From: Waddliaceae bacterium | Lineage (GTDB): Bacteria; Chlamydiota; Chlamydiia; Chlamydiales; SLOH01 | Reading direction: 5' to 3' | Assembly: GCA_040880105.1 (NCBI GenBank) | Contig: JBBDJA010000031.1 | Coordinates: 1-57,199, forward strand | DNA length: 57,199 bases | In this document: one piece after another, positions 57,085 to 57,199 of the stretch | How the letters are laid out: every line of letters begins with the position of its first letter | Numbering within the stretch: position 1 is the first letter of the stretch | Notes under the pieces: model-generated | The model's input: only the letters and a program-made list of their open reading frames with translations | Databases searched by the model: none | Told to the model about the DNA's origin: nothing | Translations under genes and position numbers: made by a program

Positions 57085-57199
57085 GTCCTCGTTTAAAAAA
57101 TAAAATTATTTATTACATAAGTAAATTGTCTTCGTCAACTCAAATAGAACTTGACCCTCATTGGTCAATTTCTTTTAAAAAAAGCCCCGCGATTCACAA

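Overview
AT-rich chromosomal segment from an environmental chlamydia (phylum Chlamydiota). The assignment rests on euo, three NTT/Npt nucleotide transporters, a ytgABCD operon with the YtgC-YtgR fusion, a giant SecDF, DUF2709 and a CT066-like gene. Most genes are core: pgk, pdxH/pdxST, dnaQ-engB-tsaE, ldh, argS, epmB, gltX, two tail-specific proteases, recJ, tRNA-Phe, mrp, rplU-rpmA-obgE, an RND pump and a PepC-like peptidase. Two things stand out. (1) An unannotated family of ~160-bp rod-shaped palindromic intergenic elements: 7 full or near-full copies, one half copy and several end remnants in 57 kb, in both orientations, with GGAACCYCTGA-like termini, a central TTAACTAT-N3-ATAGTTAA axis and apparently mosaic arms. 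No transposase is present in the window. (2) An accessory block between two such elements next to tRNA-Phe. It encodes a ~1130-aa protein with a papain/calpain-like QGxxGxC motif, divergent from an atypical Clp-type AAA+ ATPase with an NLS-like N-terminus, which is coupled to a lone PurN-like formyltransferase. Smaller observations: a triplicated lipase cluster with Inc-like membrane anchors, a catalytically degenerate D-2-hydroxyacid dehydrogenase and two tandem repeats. All calls come from reading the sequence; no searches were run.
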